From Microthrixaceae bacterium (GTDB lineage Bacteria > Actinomycetota > Acidimicrobiia > Acidimicrobiales > Acidimicrobilacustridaceae): DNA of 64,000 nt. Positions 1 to 9,841 of this stretch are shown here, one piece after another (within the stretch, counting starts at the first letter, position 1; each line of letters opens with the position of its first letter). The notes beneath the pieces were generated by a model that saw only the letters and a list, made by a program, of their open reading frames with translations, did not search any database and had not been told where the DNA came from. The stretch lies in NCBI GenBank assembly GCA_947449015.1, contig CANFQA010000002.1, forward strand, positions 13,855-77,854, in the 5' to 3' direction. The position numbers and the translations under genes are program-made.

Positions 1-1
1 C

Positions 2-1117
2 GCGCTGCGGCCTGTCGAGGATCCTGAACTTCATCGCAGCATTGTCGATCTGGGCATGGTCCGGGGCGTGGCAATCGATGGCGGTGTCGTGGCTGTGCGC
101 ATCGCGCTGACCGTCGCTGGTTGTCCGCTGCGAAACGAGATTCAAACCCGGGTGAGCGATGCAGTGGTCGCGCTCGATGGCATCGATCGGGTCGATCTCG
201 ACTTCACAGTCATGACCGACGAGGAGCGTGCGGCAGTGCGCGAAATGCTCATCGGCGATCCTGCCTCGACCGCTGGATCGAACCCGACCCATGGTCACTC
301 CGAGGGCCGCACCATCCCGTTCGCTGATCCGATGAGTCGCACCCGCGTGCTACTCATTGCTTCCGGCAAGGGTGGCGTCGGCAAGTCGTCGGTGTCTGCC
401 AACCTGGCCATCGCCCTCGCTCAGCGCGGCAAGAAGGTCGCTATCGTCGACGCTGATGTCTGGGGCTTCTCCATTCCCCGCATGCTCGGCGTCGAACACA
501 CGCCGGTTGTCATTGACGACATGCTTGTTCCGCCGCAGACCCACGGTGTCAGTTGCATCTCCATGGGCTTTTTCGTCGAGGAAGACCAGCCCGTCATGTG
601 GCGTGGCCCGATGCTCCACAAGGCGCTTGAGCAGTTCCTGACCGATGTGTTCTGGGACGAGCCTGATTTCCTTGTCGTCGACCTACCGCCCGGCACCGGC
701 GATGTGGCGTTGTCCATCTCGGGGTACCTCCCGCGTTCGGAGATGTACGTCGTCACCACGCCACAGGAGGCTGCCCAGAAGGTGGCCCAACGAGCCGCCT
801 ACATGGCCAAGAAGGTGCAGATCGAGGTCAAGGGCATCATTGAAAACATGTCCTGGTTCACCGGCGACGATGGCAAGCGCTATCAGGTGTTCGGTGAGGG
901 TGGTGGCGCTCGCCTGGCTGAGGAACTTGAGGTTCCCCTGATCGGCCAGATCCCGATCTCGATCAGTCTGCGCAGCGGTTCTGATACCGGCGATCCCATC
1001 ATGGCCGCCGATCCCGATTCCGAGGCCGCGGCGGCGATCCGGGCCATGGCTGAGCGCATCGATGTGGAGCTCGCTCCTACTCGGCGCCCCAATCGCGGGC
1101 TCAAACTGCTCAGTTGA
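2..1117 (+). CDS. mrp: Mrp/ApbC (NBP35 family) Fe-S cluster carrier ATPase with N-terminal DUF59-like domain; 5' end truncated by the window
   Basis: Frame is open from position 2 (ALRPVEDPELHRSIVDLGMV...). Deviant Walker A SGKGGVGKS, DADVWGFSIP, MWRGPM and VDLPPGTGD motifs. Confidence 0.93.
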   Translation, partial: ALRPVEDPELHRSIVDLGMVRGVAIDGGVVAVRIALTVAGCPLRNEIQTRVSDAVVALDGIDRVDLDFTVMTDEERAAVREMLIGDPASTAGSNPTHGHSEGRTIPFADPMSRTRVLLIASGKGGVGKSSVSANLAIALAQRGKKVAIVDADVWGFSIPRMLGVEHTPVVIDDMLVPPQTHGVSCISMGFFVEEDQPVMWRGPMLHKALEQFLTDVFWDEPDFLVVDLPPGTGDVALSISGYLPRSEMYVVTTPQEAAQKVAQRAAYMAKKVQIEVKGIIENMSWFTGDDGKRYQVFGEGGGARLAEELEVPLIGQIPISISLRSGSDTGDPIMAADPDSEAAAAIRAMAERIDVELAPTRRPNRGLKLLS

Positions 1118-1211
1118 GCTCCGGCGCCGCGGCTGTCACTGATGGTCGGGGCTCTCATCGCACGTAGCATGAAGGCGGCCATTCGGCCGACAGGTACCTC
1201 AGGAGGATTTT

Positions 1212-1448
1212 GTGGACGTTCGTATCGGTGTGCTGCACACCCCGAAGGAGATCGACATCGAGCTGCCGACCGATGCCGATCGCGCCGCGGTCCGGGCATC
1301 GATTGACGCCGCACTGGCATCTGCCGAGGGTGTGTTGTGGCTCACCGACCGCAACGGCCGCGACATCGCTGTTCCGTCGGCGAAGATTGCCTACATCGAA
1401 CTTGGTCGTTCCGACAGCGAACGCCGCATCGGATTCAGCGCCGGCTGA
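1212..1448 (+). CDS. DUF3107 family small protein
   Basis: MDVRIGV...IAVPSAKIAYIELG...RRIGF pattern typical of actinobacterial DUF3107. AGGAGG RBS upstream of the GTG. Confidence 0.85.
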   Translation: MDVRIGVLHTPKEIDIELPTDADRAAVRASIDAALASAEGVLWLTDRNGRDIAVPSAKIAYIELGRSDSERRIGFSAG

Positions 1449-1477
1449 TTTCGCCAGCGATCGCCGCGTGACAGCTC

Positions 1478-2956
1478 ATGGCTAGCCTTGCTGAACTCGC
1501 CGGCGCGTCTACCGATCTTGTTGAATCGGAGATCATCCATCTGCAGCGGCTCGTGGCCACCTGGGGTCTGCTCGCCGATCTGAGTTTCTCTGATTTGATG
1601 ATCTTCGCTGAGCGGCGAAGTGATCACGGTCAGGCTTCGTCGGGTCTTGTTGTGCTCGGACAAGTGCGACCGTCTACCAGTCAGACTCTGTATCGGCGCG
1701 ACTGGGTCGGCCGTGAGCTCGCGCTCGATGAACGACCCACTGTGTTGCGAGCGCTCGAGACGCGCGCAACAGTCGAAGGTGAAACCACGAGTGACTCCGG
1801 TCCAACAGTGGTGCACGAGACCTGTATTCCGATTGTGCACAGCGGCCGGGTCATCGCCGTGCTGGCCAAGGAGACCGCAGTTCATCAGATGCGCGAGCCG
1901 GGGGAGTTGGAACGCACCTATCTCGATGTGTTCGATCGATTCGCGCTCATGATCGCAGCGGGAGTATTCCCGTTCAGCGGTGACGATGACAGCACTGATG
2001 ATGCTCCGCGTGTTGGCGACGGTGCCATCGTCCTCGGACCAGACATGAGTGTGCAGTACGCCTCGCCAAACGCCGTGTCTGCGCTTAATCGCATTGGGGT
2101 GCATACCAATTCCGAAGGGCAACGGTTCGGACAGCTCGGTCTCCCTGAGACCGCGGTGCACACCATGTGGGCCACAGGTCGACCAACTGCCGAGGAGCTC
2201 GAGGTCGGACCCGCCGTCACCGTGCTCATGCGGTTCACGCCGCTGCTGGAGGATGCGTCGGTCACCGGTGCGCTCATCTTGTTGCGCGATATTTCCGAGC
2301 TGCGTCGCCGCGACCGGATGCTGCTGTCGAAGGACGCCACCATCCGCGAGATTCACCATCGGGTGAAGAACAACCTGCAAACCATTTCTGCGCTTCTGCG
2401 ACTTCAGGGTCGGCGACTCTCCACCGATGAGGCGAAGGGTGCCATCGAGGAATCGGTGCGGCGCATCCGCTCCATTGCCCTGGTGCACGAAACGCTCTCG
2501 CACGCTGCTGGCGACGATGTGCCGTTCCTTGAGATCGTGCGGCCTCTTGTGCGCATGGTGGAGGAAGGTCTGGTGTCTTCCGAGCGCCCGATCCGGTTTG
2601 TGGTCACCGGCGATCCGGGCATCCTTCCGTCACCGATTGCCACCTCAATGGCAGTAGTGCTGGCCGAATTGCTCCAAAACGTCGTCGATCATGCCTATCG
2701 GTCCGAAACGTTGGCCGACGCCCTGGTGCGGGTCAGCCTGAGCAACGTTGGCAATCGCCTCGACGTTGTGGTGACCGATAACGGGGTGGGCCCGCCCCCG
2801 GGTTTCACCGTGCAGTCCAGCTCAGGGCTCGGACTGTCGATTGTGCGCACCCTTGTCACCACCGAGCTGCGGGGGTCCATCGCGTTCGCCGCCGGTGCTG
2901 GAGCCGAGGAACTTCCCGGTACTGAGGTACGCATCTCGGTACCGGTCCAGATCTGA
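1478..2956 (+). CDS. pdtaS: Cytoplasmic sensor histidine kinase, PdtaS-like (GAF-PAS-HisKA_2-HATPase)
   Basis: N-terminal LLADLSFSDL, H-box REIHHRVKNNLQ, ELLQNVVDHA N-box, VTDNGVG and GLGLSIV. Convergent with whiB1-like gene, as in mycobacteria. Confidence 0.88.
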   Translation: MASLAELAGASTDLVESEIIHLQRLVATWGLLADLSFSDLMIFAERRSDHGQASSGLVVLGQVRPSTSQTLYRRDWVGRELALDERPTVLRALETRATVEGETTSDSGPTVVHETCIPIVHSGRVIAVLAKETAVHQMREPGELERTYLDVFDRFALMIAAGVFPFSGDDDSTDDAPRVGDGAIVLGPDMSVQYASPNAVSALNRIGVHTNSEGQRFGQLGLPETAVHTMWATGRPTAEELEVGPAVTVLMRFTPLLEDASVTGALILLRDISELRRRDRMLLSKDATIREIHHRVKNNLQTISALLRLQGRRLSTDEAKGAIEESVRRIRSIALVHETLSHAAGDDVPFLEIVRPLVRMVEEGLVSSERPIRFVVTGDPGILPSPIATSMAVVLAELLQNVVDHAYRSETLADALVRVSLSNVGNRLDVVVTDNGVGPPPGFTVQSSSGLGLSIVRTLVTTELRGSIAFAAGAGAEELPGTEVRISVPVQI

Positions 2957-3056
2957 CCCGGACGCGAAGCGACCTCCCGAAGGAGGCCGTCGATCCTGCT
3001 CTGCGTGACGATCCGGATGGATCCTCAGGAGTTTGAACCGGTTGGTTCGAGTCGGT

Positions 3057-3353
3057 TCAGGAGGCCCGGCGACGGGCGGCAAGCCACTGACGACGGATCT
3101 TGCGGCGCTCCTCTTCGGAGGTGCCACCCCAGATACCGGAGTCCTGGTTGGTGGTCAGAGCGAAGTCGAGGCACATGTCCTTGACATCACAGGTGTCGCA
3201 GACGGCCTTGGCGGCTTCAATTTGCTCGATGGCCGGGCCCGTGGTGCCGATCGGGAAGAACAGATCGGGATCGGTGTCACGACAGGCCGAGGTGGCGCGC
3301 CATGCATCGGGAGCAGCGGACAGGGTGAGAGCACTGGACGTCGTGAGAGACAC
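3057..3353 (-). CDS. whiB1: WhiB-family Fe-S transcription factor (WhiB1/WblE-like)
   Basis: Four Cys (C-x22-C-x2-C-x5-C), FFPIGTTGPA and GIWGGTSEEERR turn. GTG at 3353 preceded by GGAGG; start moved from the ORF track's 3452. Confidence 0.9.
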   Translation of the reverse strand: MSLTTSSALTLSAAPDAWRATSACRDTDPDLFFPIGTTGPAIEQIEAAKAVCDTCDVKDMCLDFALTTNQDSGIWGGTSEEERRKIRRQWLAARRRAS

Positions 3354-3517
3354 GGTTCCTCCGAGGATTCGGTCCATATTGGGAGGGGGGTTCCCGACAT
3401 GGAAGGTTTCGCATGCCACCGAATCGACCCCGTACGAGCTGCTCGCATGCAAACCGATGTCATGTACACCGACGTCATGCGAACTGTGTTTGGGGCCCCG
3501 TGTGGCTGGGAGACGAC

Positions 3518-3546
3518 AACGTAGTTACAGGTATTTCGCCGCGCAA
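3518..3546 (-). promoter_or_regulatory. Candidate sigma-A promoter for whiB1-like gene
   Basis: Minus strand reads TTGCGC-17 nt-TACGTT (TANNNT -10 element), giving a ~160-nt leader. Confidence 0.5.
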
Positions 3547-3615
3547 GGGTCTTCCTCATGTGGGCGATTGCTTGAGGCATGGACCCAAGGGGCATCTGGC
3601 ATCGCCAGCCACTAA

Positions 3616-3631
3616 TGTGACAGAAGTCACA
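3616..3631. promoter_or_regulatory. CRP/GlxR-type (or Rex-type) palindromic binding site
   Basis: TGTGA-CAGAAG-TCACA is an exact TGTGA-N6-TCACA match, in the divergent whiB1/GDPD intergenic region. Confidence 0.65.
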
Positions 3632-3684
3632 CTCAAATGGAGGGTTTTCAGTGGTGGATCACCGGTCACCTAGCCTTCGCCGCC

Positions 3685-4365
3685 ATGGCGTTGGTCGTGG
3701 CACACCGTGGAGCATCGGCGCTTCACCCCCCGGGCAACACGCTGGAGGCGTTCCTCGCCGCGCATGAACTCGGTGCTGACTGGGTCGAACTCGATGTGCA
3801 TGCCCTTGGTGACGGGGGACTCGTTGTACATCACGATCCGGTTCTCCCCGATGGTCGGGCGCTGCATGACATGACCACTGCTGAGCTCCCGAACTGGGTT
3901 CCGCTCCTTGATGCGTCGATCGCCGCGTGCGAGCACATGGGTGTGAATGTGGAGATCAAGGCCGATGGGCCACTGGCTCTGCGCGAGGCCCTTATTGCCG
4001 ACACGGTCGGCATGCTTATGAGTTTCAACGATCCTGATCGTTTTCTCATCACATCCTTCGACAGCGGAATCATTGCCGCGGTGCGTGCATTGGCCCCAAC
4101 GCTTCGAACTGGGTTCCTCACCGCCGGTGAGCCCCTAGCCGGTGCAATGCTCGACGATGTTGCCACCGCTGGTCATGTTGCCGTGAACCCGTGGCACGCG
4201 GTGGTCACACAGGAGACGGTCGATGCCGCCCACGCTCGCGGGCTCGCGGTCAATGTTTGGACCGTTGATGATCCCGCCCGCATCGGTCAACTGGCGGCGT
4301 TCGGTGTCGATGCAATCATCACCAACCTGCCCGACATTTGTCGCCAGGTGATCAGCGGGGAATGA
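3685..4365 (+). CDS. Glycerophosphodiester phosphodiesterase (GDPD family)
   Basis: VVAHRGAS, PGNTLEAF, WVELDVH, NVEIK and VWTVDD...GVDAIITN motifs. Start placed at ATG 3685. Confidence 0.9.
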   Translation: MALVVAHRGASALHPPGNTLEAFLAAHELGADWVELDVHALGDGGLVVHHDPVLPDGRALHDMTTAELPNWVPLLDASIAACEHMGVNVEIKADGPLALREALIADTVGMLMSFNDPDRFLITSFDSGIIAAVRALAPTLRTGFLTAGEPLAGAMLDDVATAGHVAVNPWHAVVTQETVDAAHARGLAVNVWTVDDPARIGQLAAFGVDAIITNLPDICRQVISGE

Positions 4366-5269
4366 CCAGAGCGAGTGCGTCGGGTTCGAACCTGATGTCA
4401 AGGTGGTCGACTTCGCCGAGATAGTCACCGTCGACCTGATGGGGGAAGGGGCCATGGCCATCAATCGTGGCGCTTTGCACCTGCTGATGGAACGCCACAT
4501 TGGGGCTGCGGCGCAGCGCCTCTCCTGAGCCAAGCGCCGAGGCGATCATTTTCAGCGTGGGTCCGAGATCAAGTGTGCGCATCGTCACGATGCTCAACGC
4601 CGAGTCGAGCGTTGCTCCGGTATCGACATTGAAGGGTCGGGTACCGACGTAGGAATAGGGGTTGGTGTTCAGACAGACAGTGAATACGCCGTCGTCGGAT
4701 CCCGGCGCGTCGTCGACGCGAACACTGAAACGCGGTCGGTTGCGCTCGTAGCCGCGCAACCAGGTAATGAACGCGGCCCACCCGAACAGCACATGGTTGG
4801 CCCAGCGCTTCAGAGAACCGCGTCGTTCGACATCAGCCACGACTGCAGCATCGAAGCCGACGCCCACATGGAAAAGGAAATGGCGACCGTTTACCGAGCC
4901 GAGTCCGATGCGACGGATCGAGGACGCCGCTAGTGCTTCGAGAATGAGGACCGTGGCATCGATGGCATCGTCGGGGAGTCCCAGGGTGCGAGCGAACACG
5001 TTGGTGCTGCCGCCGGGAAGCGTGGCAAGTGCAGTGGCAGTGCCAGCAAGTCCGTTGGCGGCCTCGTTAAGTGTCCCATCGCCACCGAGCACCACCACTA
5101 CGTCATATCCCTCAGCGGCGGCACCCTGGGCAAGGCGGGTGGCGTGCCCACGGCGGGTGGTTTCGCACAGCGTGACGTCATGGTCGGCGGAAAGGGCCTT
5201 GTTGACGAGGACCCTCGATCGGGCAGTCACCGAGGACGCCGACGGGTTGACGATGAGCATGAGTTTCAC
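4352..5269 (-). CDS. Diacylglycerol/lipid kinase family protein (YegS/Rv2252/BmrU-like)
   Basis: LIVNPSAS, GGDGTLNE, LPGGSTNVFAR, VGVGFDA and QVDGD motifs. Confidence 0.9.
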   Translation of the reverse strand: MKLMLIVNPSASSVTARSRVLVNKALSADHDVTLCETTRRGHATRLAQGAAAEGYDVVVVLGGDGTLNEAANGLAGTATALATLPGGSTNVFARTLGLPDDAIDATVLILEALAASSIRRIGLGSVNGRHFLFHVGVGFDAAVVADVERRGSLKRWANHVLFGWAAFITWLRGYERNRPRFSVRVDDAPGSDDGVFTVCLNTNPYSYVGTRPFNVDTGATLDSALSIVTMRTLDLGPTLKMIASALGSGEALRRSPNVAFHQQVQSATIDGHGPFPHQVDGDYLGEVDHLDIRFEPDALALVIPR

Positions 5270-5390
5270 AGGACCGACGACCGTAGCGGAGCGACCCCGA
5301 CCCGGGTCGGGTCGGCCTTGGCGGGCTGATCCGAGCCATCTCTGGCGGTGATTTGGCGTGAGCAGGGTTCGTGCTCAAGACTCTCCAACC

Positions 5391-6170
5391 ATGAACGTTG
5401 TCGTCTGTGTCAAGCAGATCCCGGACCCGGCTGACCCGGGTGCGTTGGATCCCACCACCAAAACCCTGAAGCGTGACGGGAAGCTCATTCTCGACGAATC
5501 TGATTCGTACGGTGTCGAGATGGCGCTGCAGCTCGTCACTGCGGCCGGCGGCGGCGAGGTCACCCTCGTCTCCATGGCTCCCAATGGTGAGGTGTCCGGT
5601 CTTCGTACCGCGCTCGCCATGGGTGCAGCCAAGGCCATTCTCGTAAGCGACGATGCCCTCGCCGGCACCGATGCTCTCGGCACCGCCAAGGTGTTGGCCA
5701 AGGCCATCGCTCGCGTCGAAGGCGCCGATCTCGTGCTCACCGCGACCGAGTCCAGCGATGGTTACACCGGCACGGTGCCTGAGCAGATCGCCGGTCTGCT
5801 TGATCTTCCGTCGGTCACCTTCGCCAAGCAGATCGAGATCAACGGTTCCACTCTCAAGGTGCAGCGTCAGACCGAGGATGGCTTCGACGATGTCGAGTGC
5901 CCGATGCCCGCTCTGGTGTCAGTGACCGCTGGTGTGGTCGAGCCCCGCTACCCGTCGTTCAAGGGCATCATGGCCGCCAAGTCCAAGCCGGTTGACACGC
6001 TCACCGTTGCTGACCTCGGCCTCGAAGGTCAGGTTGGCTGGGCCGGTGCTGGTCAGCAGATCGTCGCCATCGAAGAAGCGCCCGCTCGCGAAGCCGGTGA
6101 GGTCATTGAAGATGACGGCACTGCTTTCGAGAAGATCGTTGCCTATCTCGACAATCTCAAGGTCCTGTAG
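5391..6170 (+). CDS. etfB: Electron transfer flavoprotein beta subunit
   Basis: MNVVVCVKQIPD, ALAMGAAKA, ESSDGYTG and EPRYPSFKGIMAAKSKP. Start moved to ATG 5391. Confidence 0.95.
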   Translation: MNVVVCVKQIPDPADPGALDPTTKTLKRDGKLILDESDSYGVEMALQLVTAAGGGEVTLVSMAPNGEVSGLRTALAMGAAKAILVSDDALAGTDALGTAKVLAKAIARVEGADLVLTATESSDGYTGTVPEQIAGLLDLPSVTFAKQIEINGSTLKVQRQTEDGFDDVECPMPALVSVTAGVVEPRYPSFKGIMAAKSKPVDTLTVADLGLEGQVGWAGAGQQIVAIEEAPAREAGEVIEDDGTAFEKIVAYLDNLKVL

Positions 6171-6181
6171 GAGGAACTGAT

Positions 6182-7150
6182 ATGTCACTCTCAAAGATTT
6201 GGGTGTTGGCCGAAGCCTCTGACGGCAAGGTCGCTACCACCACACTTGAAATTCTCACCAAGGTTCGCGAACTCGCGGGCACCGTTGAGGCCATCTACGC
6301 CGGCGGCGACGCTGACGCTATTGCCTCACAGCTCGGCGAGTACGGCGTATCGAAGGTGTACACCACCGGCGATCTCGCTGGCGCTCTGCCGGGTGTCCCG
6401 GTGGCGAACGCCATTGCCGCACTTGTGCAGGGTGGCAATGTTCCTGACGCCATTGTTGCGGCCACCAGTTACGTCGGTCGTGACATTGCTGGTCGTCTGT
6501 CGGCCAAGCTTGATCGAACCGTCATCACCAACAACGTTGACCTCGAGGTTGACGGCGACAAGCTCGTCACTACCGAGCCGGTGTTCGGTGGCAGCACCAA
6601 CGTGAAGACCACCTTCACCGCTGCTGGTCCGCACCTCGTGCTCGTGCGTCCGAAGTCCTTCGCTCCTGAGTCCGCCGGTGGCGCTGCTGCTGCTGTTGAG
6701 ACCATCGCGGTACCCGACTCGGGCAAGAGCGGCGGCGCGGTCATCACGAACCGTCATGTCGAAGAGCGTGAGGGTCCGTCACTTGACGAAGCCGCCATCG
6801 TTGTTTCCGGTGGCCGTGGTCTTGGCGAGGCCACCAGCTACGTCATGGTTGAGGATCTCGCCAAGCTTCTTGCTGCGGCCCCGGGTGCATCACGAGCCAT
6901 CGTTGACGCCGGCTGGGTGCCCTACAGCTACCAGGTTGGCCAGACCGGCAAGGTCGTGAAGCCCACGGTGTACATCGCCGCTGGTATCTCGGGCGCCACC
7001 CAGCACATGGTGGGCATGAAGGGCTCGAAGAACATCATCGCCATCAACAAGGATGCCGAAGCGCCGATTTTTTCGGTAAGCGATCTCGGCATCGTGGGTG
7101 ATGTGCACAAGATCCTTCCGCAACTCATCGAGGCCCTCAAGGCTCGCTGA
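6182..7150 (+). CDS. etfA: Electron transfer flavoprotein alpha subunit
   Basis: [39 protein letters not shown] and [20 protein letters not shown]. Confidence 0.95.
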   Translation: MSLSKIWVLAEASDGKVATTTLEILTKVRELAGTVEAIYAGGDADAIASQLGEYGVSKVYTTGDLAGALPGVPVANAIAALVQGGNVPDAIVAATSYVGRDIAGRLSAKLDRTVITNNVDLEVDGDKLVTTEPVFGGSTNVKTTFTAAGPHLVLVRPKSFAPESAGGAAAAVETIAVPDSGKSGGAVITNRHVEEREGPSLDEAAIVVSGGRGLGEATSYVMVEDLAKLLAAAPGASRAIVDAGWVPYSYQVGQTGKVVKPTVYIAAGISGATQHMVGMKGSKNIIAINKDAEAPIFSVSDLGIVGDVHKILPQLIEALKAR

Positions 7151-7172
7151 GACGCCGATCGCATGATCTGAT

Positions 7173-7202
7173 CGAAGGCCCCGGCTTCGGCCGGGGCCTT
7201 CG
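7173..7202 (+). terminator. Intrinsic terminator hairpin after etfA
   Basis: CGAAGGCCCCGGC-TTCG-GCCGGGGCCTTCG: 13-bp perfect stem with UUCG loop, followed by a T-rich tail (tcgttcttctt). Confidence 0.85.
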
Positions 7203-7276
7203 TCGTTCTTCTTGCATACTGGGCCCGCGAACCGGAACTGCCAGACTGCACAGACCCCCCATTCTCGGAGACCCCC

Positions 7277-7777
7277 ATGCTTGATTCGCTCTTCGGACTT
7301 CCCGCCCACCCGCTTGTGGTGCACATCGCGGTCGTTCTTGTCCCGCTCGCTGCGGTGGGCACGATTGCCATCGCATTTTGGCCTGCGGCCCGTCGCCGGA
7401 TCGGTTGGATCGTGGTTGCCCTTGCGTTCGTGGCCTTCGTTGGATGCTTCCTCGCCAAGCAGAGCGGGGAAGCGCTGCAGAACAGCGTGAAGCACACTGA
7501 GGCTCTCGATGCTCACGTCGAGATGGCCGACGGTGGAACTGTTGCGGGCTTCGCTGTGTTCGTGGGAGCCGCTGGGGTCATGGTGGTGGATCTCATCGTG
7601 CGTCAGCGCACAGCGCGCAAGCAGCCGGCGCTTCCTCTTCAGAAGCAGGCGCCGATGATCGTCGGAGTTTTCGCCGTGCTGCTTGCACTGTTCGGCTCGG
7701 TGCGAATCATTCAGATCGGTCACAGTGGCGCCAAGGCCACCTGGGAGAACACCAAGGTCGTCAGCGAACGCGACTGA
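7277..7777 (+). CDS. DUF2231-like membrane protein
   Basis: [17 protein letters not shown] start, four hydrophobic helices and C-terminal GHSGAKATW. Confidence 0.8.
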   Translation: MLDSLFGLPAHPLVVHIAVVLVPLAAVGTIAIAFWPAARRRIGWIVVALAFVAFVGCFLAKQSGEALQNSVKHTEALDAHVEMADGGTVAGFAVFVGAAGVMVVDLIVRQRTARKQPALPLQKQAPMIVGVFAVLLALFGSVRIIQIGHSGAKATWENTKVVSERD

Positions 7778-7793
7778 CATCCCTTTGGGTTGA

Positions 7794-8534
7794 TCAGACC
7801 AATGGCCAGGGGTAGCGGTTGCCGGTTTCGTCGATGGGAAGCTCGCCCTCGCGCAGCAGAGCCCGAGCTCGTGTACGCAGAGCATCGCGTTCGAAGGTGC
7901 CCAGCAACCGATCGAACGGCGAGGAGAGACCCTCGTCAACCAAGCGCTGAAGGTCGTCAAGGAGAGGCTGGGGGATGGGTTCGCCACCGAATTCCCAGAT
8001 CACCGTGCGGAGTTTGAACTCGGCGTGGAACGACAATCCGTTGTCAATACCCCAGATGTGTTCGTTGACGTCGATGAGGCAGTGTCCACCTTTGCGGTCG
8101 GTGTTGTTGCTGACGAAATCAAATACGGCCATGCGCACGAACTGTGGATGGAGTGATTCGTCCTCGAGCATGGTGAAGTAGTGCTGTTCGAAATCGGCAT
8201 CGATGAATCGCTGGAGCGATCCGACACCGTGCTCGAGATCTTCACGTTCGATGGTGAGGGGAACAACCTCCCACCCGAGCTGTGCGCTGAGCTCGTAGGC
8301 AGCTACTTCGCGTCGATACAACCCATCGGGAAAATCCCACAGTGGGCGCTCGCCGGCATGGGGTTTGTAGATGGCACGTTCAGATCGATCCTCGAGTCTC
8401 GCTTCGACAAGGAACGTGGCATTGGAACTCCACGGCATGCGACCGAGCAGTTCAACCTCACCGTGCGCGAGGACCTCGGCGACGGCTCCTTCATCGACCT
8501 CGGCGTCGACGGGGATCAGTTCATCCTCGGACAT
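7794..8534 (-). CDS. SCO1664 family protein (PI3/PI4-kinase-like fold)
   Basis: WSSNATF, IYKPHAGERPLWDFP, REVAAY, NNTDRKGGH and IDNGLSFH. Confidence 0.88.
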   Translation of the reverse strand: MSEDELIPVDAEVDEGAVAEVLAHGEVELLGRMPWSSNATFLVEARLEDRSERAIYKPHAGERPLWDFPDGLYRREVAAYELSAQLGWEVVPLTIEREDLEHGVGSLQRFIDADFEQHYFTMLEDESLHPQFVRMAVFDFVSNNTDRKGGHCLIDVNEHIWGIDNGLSFHAEFKLRTVIWEFGGEPIPQPLLDDLQRLVDEGLSSPFDRLLGTFERDALRTRARALLREGELPIDETGNRYPWPLV

Positions 8535-9058
8535 GCATGTCCCTCAGGGTCGATCGGACGACCGCAGAGGCGACACTGGGCGCGCCCGGATCGCACGAGA
8601 TCGTTTCCAACGGTGATGAATGCGGCAACCTGGGCTCGGCTCAGGGAGATCCGAGCGCTGGACGGATCGAGTCCAAGTGATGCGAGCGCGTCGGGATCAT
8701 CAAGATCCAGGTCGGGGTCAAGCGTGTCAGGGTCGATCTCGAGAACTTCGTCGGCCACGATAACGATGCGATCGGCGGCGTCTTCGTAGGCCACTGCGAG
8801 ACGTCCCACGCTCCAGAGAAATCCGAGTGGCTCAAGCGCGCATGGAAGCACGGCGGGTTCGAAATCGGCGCGCTCCGGAAGATCAGCGAGAATGCCCTCG
8901 AGGTACTCGCACAGCGCCGCGACCTGCTGCTTCTCAATCTTGAACGAGCAGATGCGTTCCTGATCAATGGCCTGCAGAAAAAAGGTGCGCTGTCCGGGCT
9001 CACCCTGGGTGCCGGGAACGACAACATCGGGTCGGTCGAAGTCGTAGGACTCGCTCAT
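8516..9058 (-). CDS. DUF3090 family protein
   Basis: GEPGQRTFFLQA, EKQQVAAL and C-terminal GRxxCxxCGRPIDPEGHACPRMN. ATG 9058 overlaps the upstream stop; the track's 9370 start is too long. Confidence 0.85.
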   Translation of the reverse strand: MSESYDFDRPDVVVPGTQGEPGQRTFFLQAIDQERICSFKIEKQQVAALCEYLEGILADLPERADFEPAVLPCALEPLGFLWSVGRLAVAYEDAADRIVIVADEVLEIDPDTLDPDLDLDDPDALASLGLDPSSARISLSRAQVAAFITVGNDLVRSGRAQCRLCGRPIDPEGHACPRMN

Positions 9059-9762
9059 GAGAGTCCGAGACGAGAGAGGTCGTCGCCAGTGGAGTTCGAC
9101 GCGAGTACTGCGGGACCGCCGGCCGAGTAGAGGATGGCTGAGATCGAACAGGGTGAGACCACAATGCGTTGGAACAGATCGAGTGGAGTGCCGAGAGCCT
9201 GCGCAAGGGCCGCTTTGATGGTGTCGGCATGCGATACCGCGACGATCGTCTGTCCAGGATGGCGGGCAACCAGTTCGTCGATGGCACCGACCATGCGGGT
9301 TTGCATCTCGGGGAACGACTCGCCGCCGGGGAACCGGAACCCGCTCGGGTAACTCTGCACCGTGCGCCATTCGGGAAGTTTGCGGAGGTCATTGAGTTTC
9401 GCCCCGGTCCAGTCGCCAAAATCACATTCGAGGAGTCCTCGATGGATCTGGACTTTGAGGCCACGGGCCGCGGCAATGGGTCGGGCGGTTTCGCGGGTGC
9501 GCTCAAGGGGCGAGGCATAGATCGCGGCGACCTCCTTGATTTTTGCGATCCGGGAGGCAGCGGCTTGTGCCTGAGCCACGCCGGCCTCCGCGAGATGGAG
9601 TCCTTTGGCGCGACCGGGAAGAATGGCGCCGGTGGTTGGTGTTTGGCCGTGACGCACGAGCAGGACCAGCGTCGGGGCGGGAGTGGTGGGCTTCTTGGCC
9701 ATATGGCTGGCCACCCTACCGAGTGCAGCGGCAGGTTCCGATGTCGGGGCTTGTTGGGTCAC
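9055..9762 (-). CDS. Histidine phosphatase, MSMEG_4193 family
   Basis: LVRHGQT catalytic motif, SPLERTRETA, ECDFGDW and VSHADTIKA. Confidence 0.9.
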   Translation of the reverse strand: MTQQAPTSEPAAALGRVASHMAKKPTTPAPTLVLLVRHGQTPTTGAILPGRAKGLHLAEAGVAQAQAAASRIAKIKEVAAIYASPLERTRETARPIAAARGLKVQIHRGLLECDFGDWTGAKLNDLRKLPEWRTVQSYPSGFRFPGGESFPEMQTRMVGAIDELVARHPGQTIVAVSHADTIKAALAQALGTPLDLFQRIVVSPCSISAILYSAGGPAVLASNSTGDDLSRLGLS

Positions 9763-9841
9763 CGGCTACGGTTGCCCGGTGGCTACAGCGGCCTGTGGCG
9801 CGCAGCACGATCGATTGAACACATCCGATGAGGACAGCCCG

